Assembly (NCBI GenBank): GCA_043754515.1
Contig: JAYUUO010000086.1
Span: 1-46,637, forward strand
Length of the DNA: 46,637 nucleotides
Direction: 5' to 3'
DNA from: Armatimonadota bacterium
Lineage (GTDB): Bacteria > Armatimonadota > Armatimonadia > Armatimonadales > Armatimonadaceae
The position numbers and the translations under genes are program-made. This document shows positions 28,626 to 36,521 of the stretch, piece by piece. Under the pieces are notes generated by a model. That model did no database searches. It was not told the DNA's origin and saw nothing but the letters and a program-made list of their open reading frames with translations. The stretch's first letter is position 1; every line of letters starts with the position of its first letter.

Positions 28626-29306
28626 ATGCGGCGAGGCAGTAGTAGTGGGAATCGGAACGTGCGCGGAAGCGGGGCGCAGGGCATTGCCAAACTGCTGGGC
28701 GAGGGGCTACGCGGCTTGCAGATCGAGCGCAAGATCAAGGAGCACACCGCCCCGCTCGTCTGGGCGGAGGTGGTCGGCCCTCAGGTCGCCGGCTCGACGC
28801 AGATACTGGGCGTGTCGGATGGGGTGTTGCGCGTTTCGGCGAAGTCAGCGGTCTGGGCGAATGAACTGACGTTCTACAAGACCGATATTCTGAAGCGGCT
28901 CAACTTGCGACTGAACGGCACGCCGTCCCCCCCTTATATCATCAAGGACATTCACTTCCAGAACCGGGGCGTCGAGCCGCGCGAGGAAGAGGCCGCGCCG
29001 CGTACCACGATTCCCAAACCGACTTCGGACGAACTCGACGACATCGCCTTATCCCCAGACGACTTCGCGGCGATAGAAGCCAGCATCGCAAACATTTCCG
29101 ATGAGGGCTTGCGCGATCGGATGCGCCGGTTCCGCACCACCGACACGCGGCTTAAATACTGGCGTATGGAGAACGGCTGGATGCCGTGCGACGTTTGCAC
29201 CACCCTTTCCCCGCCGCGCCTCGACCGCGAAGGCACAATACTGTTCGGCGAACCGGACTGCCCGCGTTGCCGCGTCATCCGGCGCGCCCGCTTCTCGGAG
29301 CGGTAG
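28626..29306 (+). CDS. dciA: DUF721/DciA family protein with a C-terminal Zn-ribbon
   Basis: WAEVVGPQVAG...DGVLRVSAKSAVWANEL...I.F; CDVC...CPRC. Confidence 0.82.
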   Translation: MRRGSSSGNRNVRGSGAQGIAKLLGEGLRGLQIERKIKEHTAPLVWAEVVGPQVAGSTQILGVSDGVLRVSAKSAVWANELTFYKTDILKRLNLRLNGTPSPPYIIKDIHFQNRGVEPREEEAAPRTTIPKPTSDELDDIALSPDDFAAIEASIANISDEGLRDRMRRFRTTDTRLKYWRMENGWMPCDVCTTLSPPRLDREGTILFGEPDCPRCRVIRRARFSER

Positions 29307-29313
29307 ATAGCCT

Positions 29314-31782
29314 TTGCGCGTTCCACCGCTGGTCGGAATGACCGCGTTTCTGATCGCCGGGATTCTGGCGGCTCCCTTCCTTCCTGGTACGCCCCCTTGG
29401 ACGACACTCGCGCTCGGGTCGGGATTCGTGGTAGCCGCGATTCTCCTGCGCCGCCACACGGTGGTTTCGCTTCTCTGCTGGCTGATGCCGCTCGCTTTCT
29501 TCGGCGCGGCTTCGGCGCGGATGCGGGAAACGCCCAGGCCGGACGACGTGTCGCGCGTCGCCGGGGGGCCATCCATCTGGTTCACGGGCACGGTCGCGGC
29601 GGAGCCGGACCGACGCGGGCGCGGCGACATCTCCTACCCGCTGGAAGTGACAGATATTCAGGGCGGGGCACCCGTGCGCGGGGGACTTCTGGTGACGCAA
29701 CGGGCCGATGCCGGACCCGCACCGCGCTTCGGGGACGTGATCAGGGCGCGCGGACGCGTGGAGGTTCCCGCAGGGATGACGAACCCCGGCGGACTAAATT
29801 ACAAGGCGTTCCTGTGGCGTCGGAGCATATTCGCGACGCTCGCCGCGAAGCGTCAAGGGGATATGGTTATCCTCTCACGCCCGGTGGACATCTCCCCGCG
29901 CGGCGTCGCCGCGTCGCTACGGCGGTCGCTAATCGCCGCGCTGGACCGTTCTCCCTTGACCGATGACGACCGCGCGCTGGTCGGCGGCGTCATGCTCGCG
30001 GATCGGGAAGGGATCGGCTACGAAACGCGGCTGGCGTTCGAGCGAACCGGCGCGATGCATCTCTTGTCTGAATCCGGTCTGCACCTCGCCGTGTTCGCCG
30101 CCGTGCTGGCGTTCCTGTCGCGCGCCCTGCCCCTACCCCACCGCATACGCATCGGCGGAAGTCTGCTGGCGATTCTTTGTCTGTGGGTGTTCGCGCTGGC
30201 GACTGGCTTCTCGTCGGCGACGGTACGCGCAGCAGTGATGATGAGCGTGGTGCTACTCGCGCCCGTCGTCAGGCGGGACGCGGAGCCGCTGCACTCGCTG
30301 ACCGTGGCGGCATTCGTCATTCTGCTTTTCGACCCGCTCGCGCTTTACGACGCCGCGTTCCAACTCTCGTTCGCGTGTGTCGGCGGCGTACTCCTCTGGA
30401 TGCCACCCCTTCATTCGCTCCTGTTCCCGCTGGAGCACGCGATGCCGTGGCATATGAGGCTGTGGCGCGGCATCATTTTCGCGGCGTTAGGCGGGTTCGT
30501 AGCGCAGGTCGCCGCGTTGCCGCTCACCACGCACTACTTCTCGCTGGTGTCGTTGGTCGCGCCGCTGACGATGCTAATCCTGGTACCGCTCGCGGAGACG
30601 ATGCTGGTATGCTCCCTGCTGGCGGCGGGCGCGGCAACGCTTGTGACGGTTCCCACGCTCGCGTGGGTGCCGGTCCACTGGCTCGGCGCGGGCATCACAT
30701 CCGCCGCGTACGCGTTCGCCGCGCCGGACTGGGTCGCGATCAGTGTACCATCGCCATATTCGGCGGGCGTGATCTGTTTCTACCTCTTGTTCGCGACACT
30801 CGGCCTGATCTTCCGGTCGTTCGTGTCGCGACGCGTCTTCCACTCGGACAGCATCACCCAGACTCCCACGCTTATCCTAGCCACGCCGCCTATACTCGGG
30901 TTTCTGCTCATGCCGCTCTTGATCATCGCTCCGCCCTTAATCGCGCTACGGCGGGAGCGGAGTGAATCGCGCCGACTGCGTGTGACATTTCTCGACGTCG
31001 GGCAGGGCGACGCGGCGGTGGTGGAAACGCCGGATGGGGCGGTCGCGGTGATAGATGGAGGCGGACGCCCCGGAGCCGACGAGCGGTTCGAGAACGAGCC
31101 GGGGAGGAGCGTGGTGGTGCCGTTCCTGCATCGCAGGGGTATCACGCGGGTGGATCTACTCGCTCCTTCTCACCCGGACGACGACCACGTGCAGGGGCTG
31201 ATCGCCGTGGCGCGGGCGTTCCCCGTCGGCACCGCGCTCGACGGGGGTGTTCCCGACGGCGGGGCGGGCGCATGTACGCGATTGCGCGCCCTGTTGCGGC
31301 GCGGGCGTGTGCGCGTGGTCACCGCGCGGCGCGGCCAGAGCGTGGCCCTCGGCACGTTCGGCGTGACGCTCGAAATCCTGCACCCCGCGGTGCCGTTCCT
31401 GACGCGGACCCATTCGGTCACGAACGCGAACAGCGTGATATTCCGGCTACGTTACGGGAAGGTGAATATGCTGTTTACGGGGGATGCAGAGGAGGCCGCC
31501 GAGGCTAGCCTTCTCAAGAGCAGTGTTTCACTCCACGCCGACGTGTTGAAGGTGGGACACCACGGCTCGCGGTTCTCGTCGGGCGCGGCGTTTCTGGCGG
31601 CGGTGCGTCCGTCGGTGGCCGTAATTTCGTCCGGGCGCGGGAACAACTTCGGCCATCCCGCGCCCGAAGTCATCTGGGATTTGAACGCGGTCGGCGCGGC
31701 CATATACCGCACCGACCATCAGGGGGCGATCACGGTGGAGACGGACGGCGAGCGCGTATTCGTCACACCCACCGTCCGATGA
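29314..31782 (+). CDS. comEC: DNA internalization competence protein ComEC/Rec2
   Basis: OB/DUF4131 region (NPGGLNY), competence domain (HLLSESGLHL, FQLSF) and metallo-beta-lactamase domain (FLDVGQGDA, SHPDDDH, KVGHHGS). Confidence 0.95.
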   Translation: MRVPPLVGMTAFLIAGILAAPFLPGTPPWTTLALGSGFVVAAILLRRHTVVSLLCWLMPLAFFGAASARMRETPRPDDVSRVAGGPSIWFTGTVAAEPDRRGRGDISYPLEVTDIQGGAPVRGGLLVTQRADAGPAPRFGDVIRARGRVEVPAGMTNPGGLNYKAFLWRRSIFATLAAKRQGDMVILSRPVDISPRGVAASLRRSLIAALDRSPLTDDDRALVGGVMLADREGIGYETRLAFERTGAMHLLSESGLHLAVFAAVLAFLSRALPLPHRIRIGGSLLAILCLWVFALATGFSSATVRAAVMMSVVLLAPVVRRDAEPLHSLTVAAFVILLFDPLALYDAAFQLSFACVGGVLLWMPPLHSLLFPLEHAMPWHMRLWRGIIFAALGGFVAQVAALPLTTHYFSLVSLVAPLTMLILVPLAETMLVCSLLAAGAATLVTVPTLAWVPVHWLGAGITSAAYAFAAPDWVAISVPSPYSAGVICFYLLFATLGLIFRSFVSRRVFHSDSITQTPTLILATPPILGFLLMPLLIIAPPLIALRRERSESRRLRVTFLDVGQGDAAVVETPDGAVAVIDGGGRPGADERFENEPGRSVVVPFLHRRGITRVDLLAPSHPDDDHVQGLIAVARAFPVGTALDGGVPDGGAGACTRLRALLRRGRVRVVTARRGQSVALGTFGVTLEILHPAVPFLTRTHSVTNANSVIFRLRYGKVNMLFTGDAEEAAEASLLKSSVSLHADVLKVGHHGSRFSSGAAFLAAVRPSVAVISSGRGNNFGHPAPEVIWDLNAVGAAIYRTDHQGAITVETDGERVFVTPTVR

Positions 31783-31935
31783 CGGAGCTTGCCACGCCGC
31801 CGACAGTCCTGCAGACGCCGTCCGGGTCGCGAACCCCACGCCGGTATGCCGAACGTACCGCTCCGCCGGGGCGTGTAGAGCGCGGTGTTTCGCGCCTGCT
31901 TTTGCACCGGGCAATCCCGCGATATAACAGTAGCC

Positions 31936-32688
31936 GTGACCCATAGAGAACCCATAGCCGAAGAAGTGATCTACCGCCGTCGCGGGAGAAAGCCAGCCGA
32001 CGCCGGGGAGCGGCGCACCCGCGTAGAGGCGGCACTTGGCGATCTCAGATCGTCGCGCACGCCTTTTTCGATGGGCGATGTTGCGGAGCGGGCAGGGATC
32101 AGTCGGGCGACATTGTACCGGGACGCCGCCCTGCGCGATCTAGTCGGCAGTGTTGGGGATGGCCCCGCCGACCGACCCGTTTCCTTTCGCGACTACGAGA
32201 AGCAACGTGCCGAGCGCGATAAACTGAGCGAAGAGCGAAAAACGTTACGCCGCCGGTTGCGGGAGCAGGACGAGATCAAGGCGGGCCTAGAGCGCGAGAT
32301 AGAGAAACTAGAAACCCGAATCGCCAACTACGTCGCGCACTTCGCCAAAAACGCCGCGCAGGACGTGGACGGCATCCGTAAGGAAGCCTATGCGGAGGGT
32401 TTTTCGCAGGGCGCGCGCACCGCGATGGGTCAGCGCGGGGCGGGACCCGGCGGTGCCCGGCGTCCGGGCGTGCCGCCTTTGGGCGGCGGTGCCCCGGCGG
32501 GGCTGGCATCGGTCGCGGCGCAACTCCCAGTGCCCGCGCTTCAGACGGCGCGTAAGAATCTCGCCCGCGTCTTGCACCCGGATTTGTTCGTGGGCGAGGA
32601 CCCGGCGACGGCAGCCCTCGCGACGGAACTGCTGAAGCAACTGAACGCGCTGATGTCTCAAAGCGAGAGGCGGGCCGGTGGTTTGTAA
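31936..32688 (+). CDS. HTH - coiled-coil - J-domain-like protein
   Basis: SMGDVAERAGISRATLYR HTH, heptad region, and C-terminal ARKNLARVLHPD...ATELLKQLN. Start GTG lies 7 nt after TATAAC. Confidence 0.72.
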   Translation: MTHREPIAEEVIYRRRGRKPADAGERRTRVEAALGDLRSSRTPFSMGDVAERAGISRATLYRDAALRDLVGSVGDGPADRPVSFRDYEKQRAERDKLSEERKTLRRRLREQDEIKAGLEREIEKLETRIANYVAHFAKNAAQDVDGIRKEAYAEGFSQGARTAMGQRGAGPGGARRPGVPPLGGGAPAGLASVAAQLPVPALQTARKNLARVLHPDLFVGEDPATAALATELLKQLNALMSQSERRAGGL

Positions 32689-32798
32689 AATGAGGCAGTG
32701 GAATGTGAACTTGTCAGGCACCGATTGCGTAGAAAAGGTATAATCCGCCTGGAGCCGCGCTGGGGCGCGGGTATATTGGGGCAGGACGTAACACGAAT

Positions 32799-33230
32799 AT
32801 GTTCATAGGCATGGAAAAAATTATTCTGGTTCTGGTAGTCGCGCTCCTCCTGTTGGGGCCGCAACAGATGCCGGAGATAGGGAAGCAGATCGGCAAGTTG
32901 TTGCGCGACTTCCGCAACATGTCGGGGGATGTCCAGCGCGCCCTCGACCTCGAAGGGCACCACGACTACGACACGTCGTACAGCCACTCGACATCCTACA
33001 GCAACGGTTTTCACCCGAACACGCCCGGTGAGACACCCACGTTCGCCTATTCGGCACCGACTCAGGGCATTCCCGTCGCCGCTATCGGCGCGATGTCTGA
33101 TGGCGCGACCGCCGGGGAAGCCGCGACTGCCGGCGATGACACATCGGAAACGAGAGTCGGCGCGCGGGTGTATAATGAACCGGCGAAAAGCAACGCGGAA
33201 GGGGGCGCGATGGCGTCCTACGAAATTTAA
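32799..33230 (+). CDS. tatB: Sec-independent translocase TatB-like subunit
   Basis: IGMEKIILVLVVALLLLGPQQMPEIGKQIGK followed by a long tail. Confidence 0.75.
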   Translation: MFIGMEKIILVLVVALLLLGPQQMPEIGKQIGKLLRDFRNMSGDVQRALDLEGHHDYDTSYSHSTSYSNGFHPNTPGETPTFAYSAPTQGIPVAAIGAMSDGATAGEAATAGDDTSETRVGARVYNEPAKSNAEGGAMASYEI

Positions 33231-33246
33231 GGAACGAAATTAAATC

Positions 33247-33459
33247 ATGTATCCGACAATGGCATACCTCACGGGCGGTTACGACTGGCTCATCATCGCG
33301 GGAATCGTCCTCGTCCTTTTCGGGGGCACGAAACTGCCGCAACTCGCCAAGGGCCTGGGCGAAGGAATCCGCGAGTTTAAAAAGAGCGTCAATGGGGAGG
33401 ACGTTGGCCACAGAGACGACGTAACTCATAAAGACGACGATACACACAAACAAAGTTAG
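33247..33459 (+). CDS. tatA: Twin-arginine translocase TatA/TatE
   Basis: LVLFGGTKLPQLAKGLGEGIREFKKS. Confidence 0.93.
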   Translation: MYPTMAYLTGGYDWLIIAGIVLVLFGGTKLPQLAKGLGEGIREFKKSVNGEDVGHRDDVTHKDDDTHKQS

Positions 33460-33468
33460 GAGCCAAAC

Positions 33469-33714
33469 GTGCCGATTTTTATCAACATTTTCACCGGTAT
33501 CGTGGTGTTCATCAGCGCGCTACTGATCGCTCTTGTGATGCTACAAACGCCGAAGAATGAAGGGTTCACGGGGGCCACATCGGTCGCGGGCGGAAACTTT
33601 CGTGGCAAAGCCGGTATGGACGAAATCCTCTCCAACTACACGCGCATAGTGGCATTCGGCTGGTTCGCGTCGGCGTTCATCCTCGCGATACTGAACGAAT
33701 TCGTTAAGCGGTAG
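33469..33714 (+). CDS. secG: Preprotein translocase subunit SecG
   Basis: Two TM helices; LIALVMLQTPKNEG...G..EILSNYT; AGGAG RBS. Confidence 0.9.
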   Translation: MPIFINIFTGIVVFISALLIALVMLQTPKNEGFTGATSVAGGNFRGKAGMDEILSNYTRIVAFGWFASAFILAILNEFVKR

Positions 33715-33728
33715 AGGTGCGGGCGATG

Positions 33729-33772
33729 AAAAGCGCGGCGCGGGCGATCGATATCGTCCGTGCCGCGCTTTT
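33729..33772. terminator. Bidirectional rho-independent terminator
   Basis: AAAAGCGCGGCGCGGGCGAT-cgat-ATCGTCCGTGCCGCGCTTTT; long stem flanked by A and T tracts. Confidence 0.8.
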
Positions 33773-33801
33773 GCCATTCGTGATTCAACCAGGCGAAACG
33801 G

Positions 33802-33936
33802 TCACGACACCGGTCGCCGCTTGACGAAGCGTCGCGCTAATGTCAGTAGCGATTCGCTACTCGGATCCGGTTGCGCCGTCGCCCACAGGAAGCCGTAAAA
33901 AAGAGTAACCCCAATCAAATACCATATCGCCGTCAT
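33802..33936 (-). CDS. Unannotated 44-aa single-TM small protein
   Basis: MTAIWYLIGVTLFYGFLWATAQPDPSSESLLTLARRFVKRRPVS; GAGGAGG 6 nt upstream; has its own promoter-like site and a downstream terminator. Confidence 0.65.
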   Translation of the reverse strand: MTAIWYLIGVTLFYGFLWATAQPDPSSESLLTLARRFVKRRPVS

Positions 33937-34050
33937 CGTCATCCTCCTCGTCCGTGAGAGGAGTGGGAAAACATTGCCCACTTACTTCTTCCGTTTGCGT
34001 TCCGCCATCGAAGCGGGTCCCCGAGACTGCCGCTCATTTGGGACTACCCA

Positions 34051-34080
34051 ATCATACCGCAACTGAAACGATATCCGCAA
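34051..34080 (-). promoter_or_regulatory. Sigma-70-like promoter for the small-protein transcript
   Basis: TTGCGG-N18-TATGAT on the minus strand. Confidence 0.5.
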
Positions 34081-34108
34081 AGGTATTTTTACATAGCGAC
34101 TGATGATC

Positions 34109-34762
34109 TCAGTACCGTCTGAGTAAGCCGATCACCCGCCCCACGATGTCAGGCGCTTTCGCGGTCGGTTCATCGGCTCCCGTGCCGCCATGACGCTGGA
34201 CCGACAAATCGCCTTGCGCGACATAGACGGCTAGTTCCCCCCGAAGCACCGAGCGTTGCGGACGCACCACCAGCAGGTCACCGGGCACTACCGGTTCGCC
34301 GTAGACGCCGCTGGCACCGATACGTAGCACGAAACCGTCCGCGGTCGCCGCGCTCGCCAGCTCCTCCGGCACCGGCACATACCGCTCGATCAGGGCGTCC
34401 GGAGTCTCGAACTTGCCGCCGCTGAGCAGGATGTCCGTACGGGGAACGCCGCGCAGGAGCGGCAGATTGAGAACAGTCTCCACGCGCAGGTGACTCGTCG
34501 CGGGGGCGGATGATGGCGCGGCAGGCGTGGCAACCGGGTTACGTGGGTCGGGGCCGATCACGCGCAGGGAGCGTGACGCGTGGTCGCGCGTGACGAAGCC
34601 TTTTCGCACCAGCGCGTCCAGATGAACCGTCACCCCGCGCAGACTACCGATCCCGAACGCGTCGCCGATCTCGCGGATCGTCGGCGGGAAACCGTTGGCC
34701 TTCTGATAATCAATTACGTATTCGAGAACTTTCTGTTGCTTCTCTGTCAAACCTTTTGCCAT
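34109..34762 (-). CDS. LexA-like repressor with a degenerate peptidase S24 domain
   Basis: The LexA N-domain (LTEKQQKVLEYV...GFPPTIREIGDAFGIGS...HLDALVRKG) is intact; the cleavage and catalytic motifs are altered. Confidence 0.85.
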   Translation of the reverse strand: MAKGLTEKQQKVLEYVIDYQKANGFPPTIREIGDAFGIGSLRGVTVHLDALVRKGFVTRDHASRSLRVIGPDPRNPVATPAAPSSAPATSHLRVETVLNLPLLRGVPRTDILLSGGKFETPDALIERYVPVPEELASAATADGFVLRIGASGVYGEPVVPGDLLVVRPQRSVLRGELAVYVAQGDLSVQRHGGTGADEPTAKAPDIVGRVIGLLRRY

Positions 34763-34902
34763 TTAGAGTATGCCTTTACCGTTCCACCGTCGTGGGAGAG
34801 AATCACCCAACCAGCATAGCAAAAAACGTTCCAGAACGCAGGGGTGGGTTACAAAAATACCGGGGAATGTCCCGCCGCCCGGAGTGGCGTGCCCGTGTCG
34901 CC

Positions 34903-35727
34903 TTACACGTCCCTCCTGCCGAGTATCACGGCACCGGCGGTGAAGACGAGGGCGATGTACAGCCCCAGGTACAGGAGGTCTTCGGGAACCGCCGGTATGT
35001 CCTTAAACGGGTTGCGGTCGCCGATGTTCGCGCCGCCGAACGTGGGGAGAGGCCCCAGCCCTCTAGAGACCCAGCGCGACATCCGCCCCAAAGGGAACAG
35101 ATACCCGGATGCCTTCGACAGGGTGCCCAGGAGTCGCACGTCGAACGCCTGGTTTAACGAATAGAAGATGCCCTCCGACCAACCGACACCCGCCGTCAGG
35201 ATGGCGAGTCCAGTAGCCAGCCCGAACCCGGCGAATGTCGAGTAGGTCAGGCCGAGCGACACGAAGATAGCGGGATATAAGAGCAGATAAGGGAGCGCGT
35301 GCCACAGGGTACCATGCGACTCGTCCGGTGAGCGGTACGTCGCCACTGCCCAGATGACCCCCAGCCAGATCACCAGGTTTAGCACGCAGAACCCGAACAG
35401 GCCGACCCACTTTCCAGCGTACACGGAGAAGCGGCTAATCGGCTTGGGCAGGATGGAGGAGAGTACGCCGCGTTCGAGTTCCGCCGAGATGGCACCCGCG
35501 GAGAGCGCGAGAGCAAGTGTAGACACGAAGAACTTGGCGACATCGGTCGCGAGGAACAGATACAAGGAGGAGACGATCCGGTTCGCCTCGCGCGGGGGCA
35601 ACAGTTCCAGGCGCCCCGTGATCGGGATAAACGCGGGGATCACCAGCAGGACCGCGACCAGAAGCGTTATGAACGGGGAGCGGCGGCGAAGGGTCTCCTG
35701 TAAAGTTAGCGCGGCGATGGTAAGCAT
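34903..35727 (-). CDS. ABC-2 type transporter permease
   Basis: IAALTLQETLRR, ISAELERG...LPKPISR...GKW, about 6 TM helices, ends RRDV. Confidence 0.9.
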   Translation of the reverse strand: MLTIAALTLQETLRRRSPFITLLVAVLLVIPAFIPITGRLELLPPREANRIVSSLYLFLATDVAKFFVSTLALALSAGAISAELERGVLSSILPKPISRFSVYAGKWVGLFGFCVLNLVIWLGVIWAVATYRSPDESHGTLWHALPYLLLYPAIFVSLGLTYSTFAGFGLATGLAILTAGVGWSEGIFYSLNQAFDVRLLGTLSKASGYLFPLGRMSRWVSRGLGPLPTFGGANIGDRNPFKDIPAVPEDLLYLGLYIALVFTAGAVILGRRDV

Positions 35728-35892
35728 CGTCAGTATTGTACGCCACGCGCAATTTTTTTTCTACCTGAAGGGTGCCGGGCCTGAAAACCGCGTACACGCG
35801 ACTCCCAGGCGGACGGCTTCGGCGACGCGGGCACGGGGAGGAGAATACCGGATGCGCGGCAAACCGATGCCGGGGCGGATATGCAAGCTTTC

Positions 35893-35907
35893 TGGCACGC
35901 TTTTTGC
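35893..35907 (+). promoter_or_regulatory. Sigma-54 (-24/-12) consensus
   Basis: TGGCACG-CTTT-TTGC matches TGGCACG-N4-TTGC exactly. Confidence 0.5.
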
Positions 35908-35920
35908 GAGGAAATATATC

Positions 35921-36376
35921 ATGCAGATTAACCACGCCAATATTGTCACCGCGAACATGGACCGGAGCCTCGCCTTCTATGAGGAGTTACTCGGGTTGGA
36001 GCGCGTCTACGAACAGGAGTTATCCGGTGACTGGTTTCACGAGTTGACCGACATCGCACTGTCCACGGCGAAGTGCGTCTTTTTGCAAGGCGCGAAGGGC
36101 GGGACACGTCTGGAACTACTCCAGTACATCAAGCCAGTCGGGGGTATGGTGCCCAACAATGCCCTGGCGAACACCCTGGGTCTGCGCCACATCGCGTTCG
36201 AGGTAAAGAGTTTGGACGACCTGTTCGAGCGGCTGGTCGCGGCGGGCGTGCCGGTCAAGTCGAACCCGGTCGAAGTGCCGTTCCCGGTCGTCGGCACGAA
36301 GAAGCGGCTCTTTTACGCGCTGGACCCGGACGGGGTGATCGTCGAGTTCGCCGAGTATAAGAAGATCAAGGAATGA
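35921..36376 (+). CDS. VOC (glyoxalase/bleomycin resistance) family protein
   Basis: INHANIVTANMDRSLAFYEELLG, LELLQY, HIAFEV and DPDGVIVEF. Confidence 0.93.
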   Translation: MQINHANIVTANMDRSLAFYEELLGLERVYEQELSGDWFHELTDIALSTAKCVFLQGAKGGTRLELLQYIKPVGGMVPNNALANTLGLRHIAFEVKSLDDLFERLVAAGVPVKSNPVEVPFPVVGTKKRLFYALDPDGVIVEFAEYKKIKE

Positions 36377-36380
36377 CGGC

Positions 36381-36410
36381 TTGACGTCCGGGCGCGCCGG
36401 GTGTTAGAAT
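36381..36410 (+). promoter_or_regulatory. Sigma-70 promoter of the pil operon
   Basis: TTGACG-N18-TAGAAT with an extended -10 TG. Confidence 0.65.
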
Positions 36411-36521
36411 CGCATCATCGGAATATCAAGCGGGGGCAGGAAACGCTCCTACGGGTGGCGAACGTATACACTCATACGACGTGCAATACCCTCTTCGAGA
36501 CAAAAGGACGAAAGAAGCGTA

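Noticed and set aside
27296..31000. Long alternative-frame or antisense ORFs over galK, dciA and comEC (and similarly over pilM, the secretin and the TPR genes)
   Set aside because: These are Arg/Pro/Gly-rich translations expected from high-GC codon bias, with no recognisable motifs.
31936..32160. The HTH plus coiled coil resembles transposon helper proteins (TnpC/DUF6262-like)
   Set aside because: There is no transposase, integrase or terminal repeat nearby, and the gene sits among housekeeping genes.
34903..35000. The ABC permease C-terminus VPED-TM-RRDV looks like PEP-CTERM
   Set aside because: This is the ordinary last helix and RRD ending of ABC-2 permeases. I found no real exosortase substrate in the window.
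35858..35895. GGCAAACC...GCAAGC resembling a c-di-GMP-I riboswitch
   Set aside because: It lacks the GNRA-capped P2 stem and a convincing P3 stem.
35354..35920. N-terminal 189 aa of the 340-aa ORF 35354..36376
   Set aside because: It is antisense to the ABC permease; the VOC domain starts at ATG 35921.
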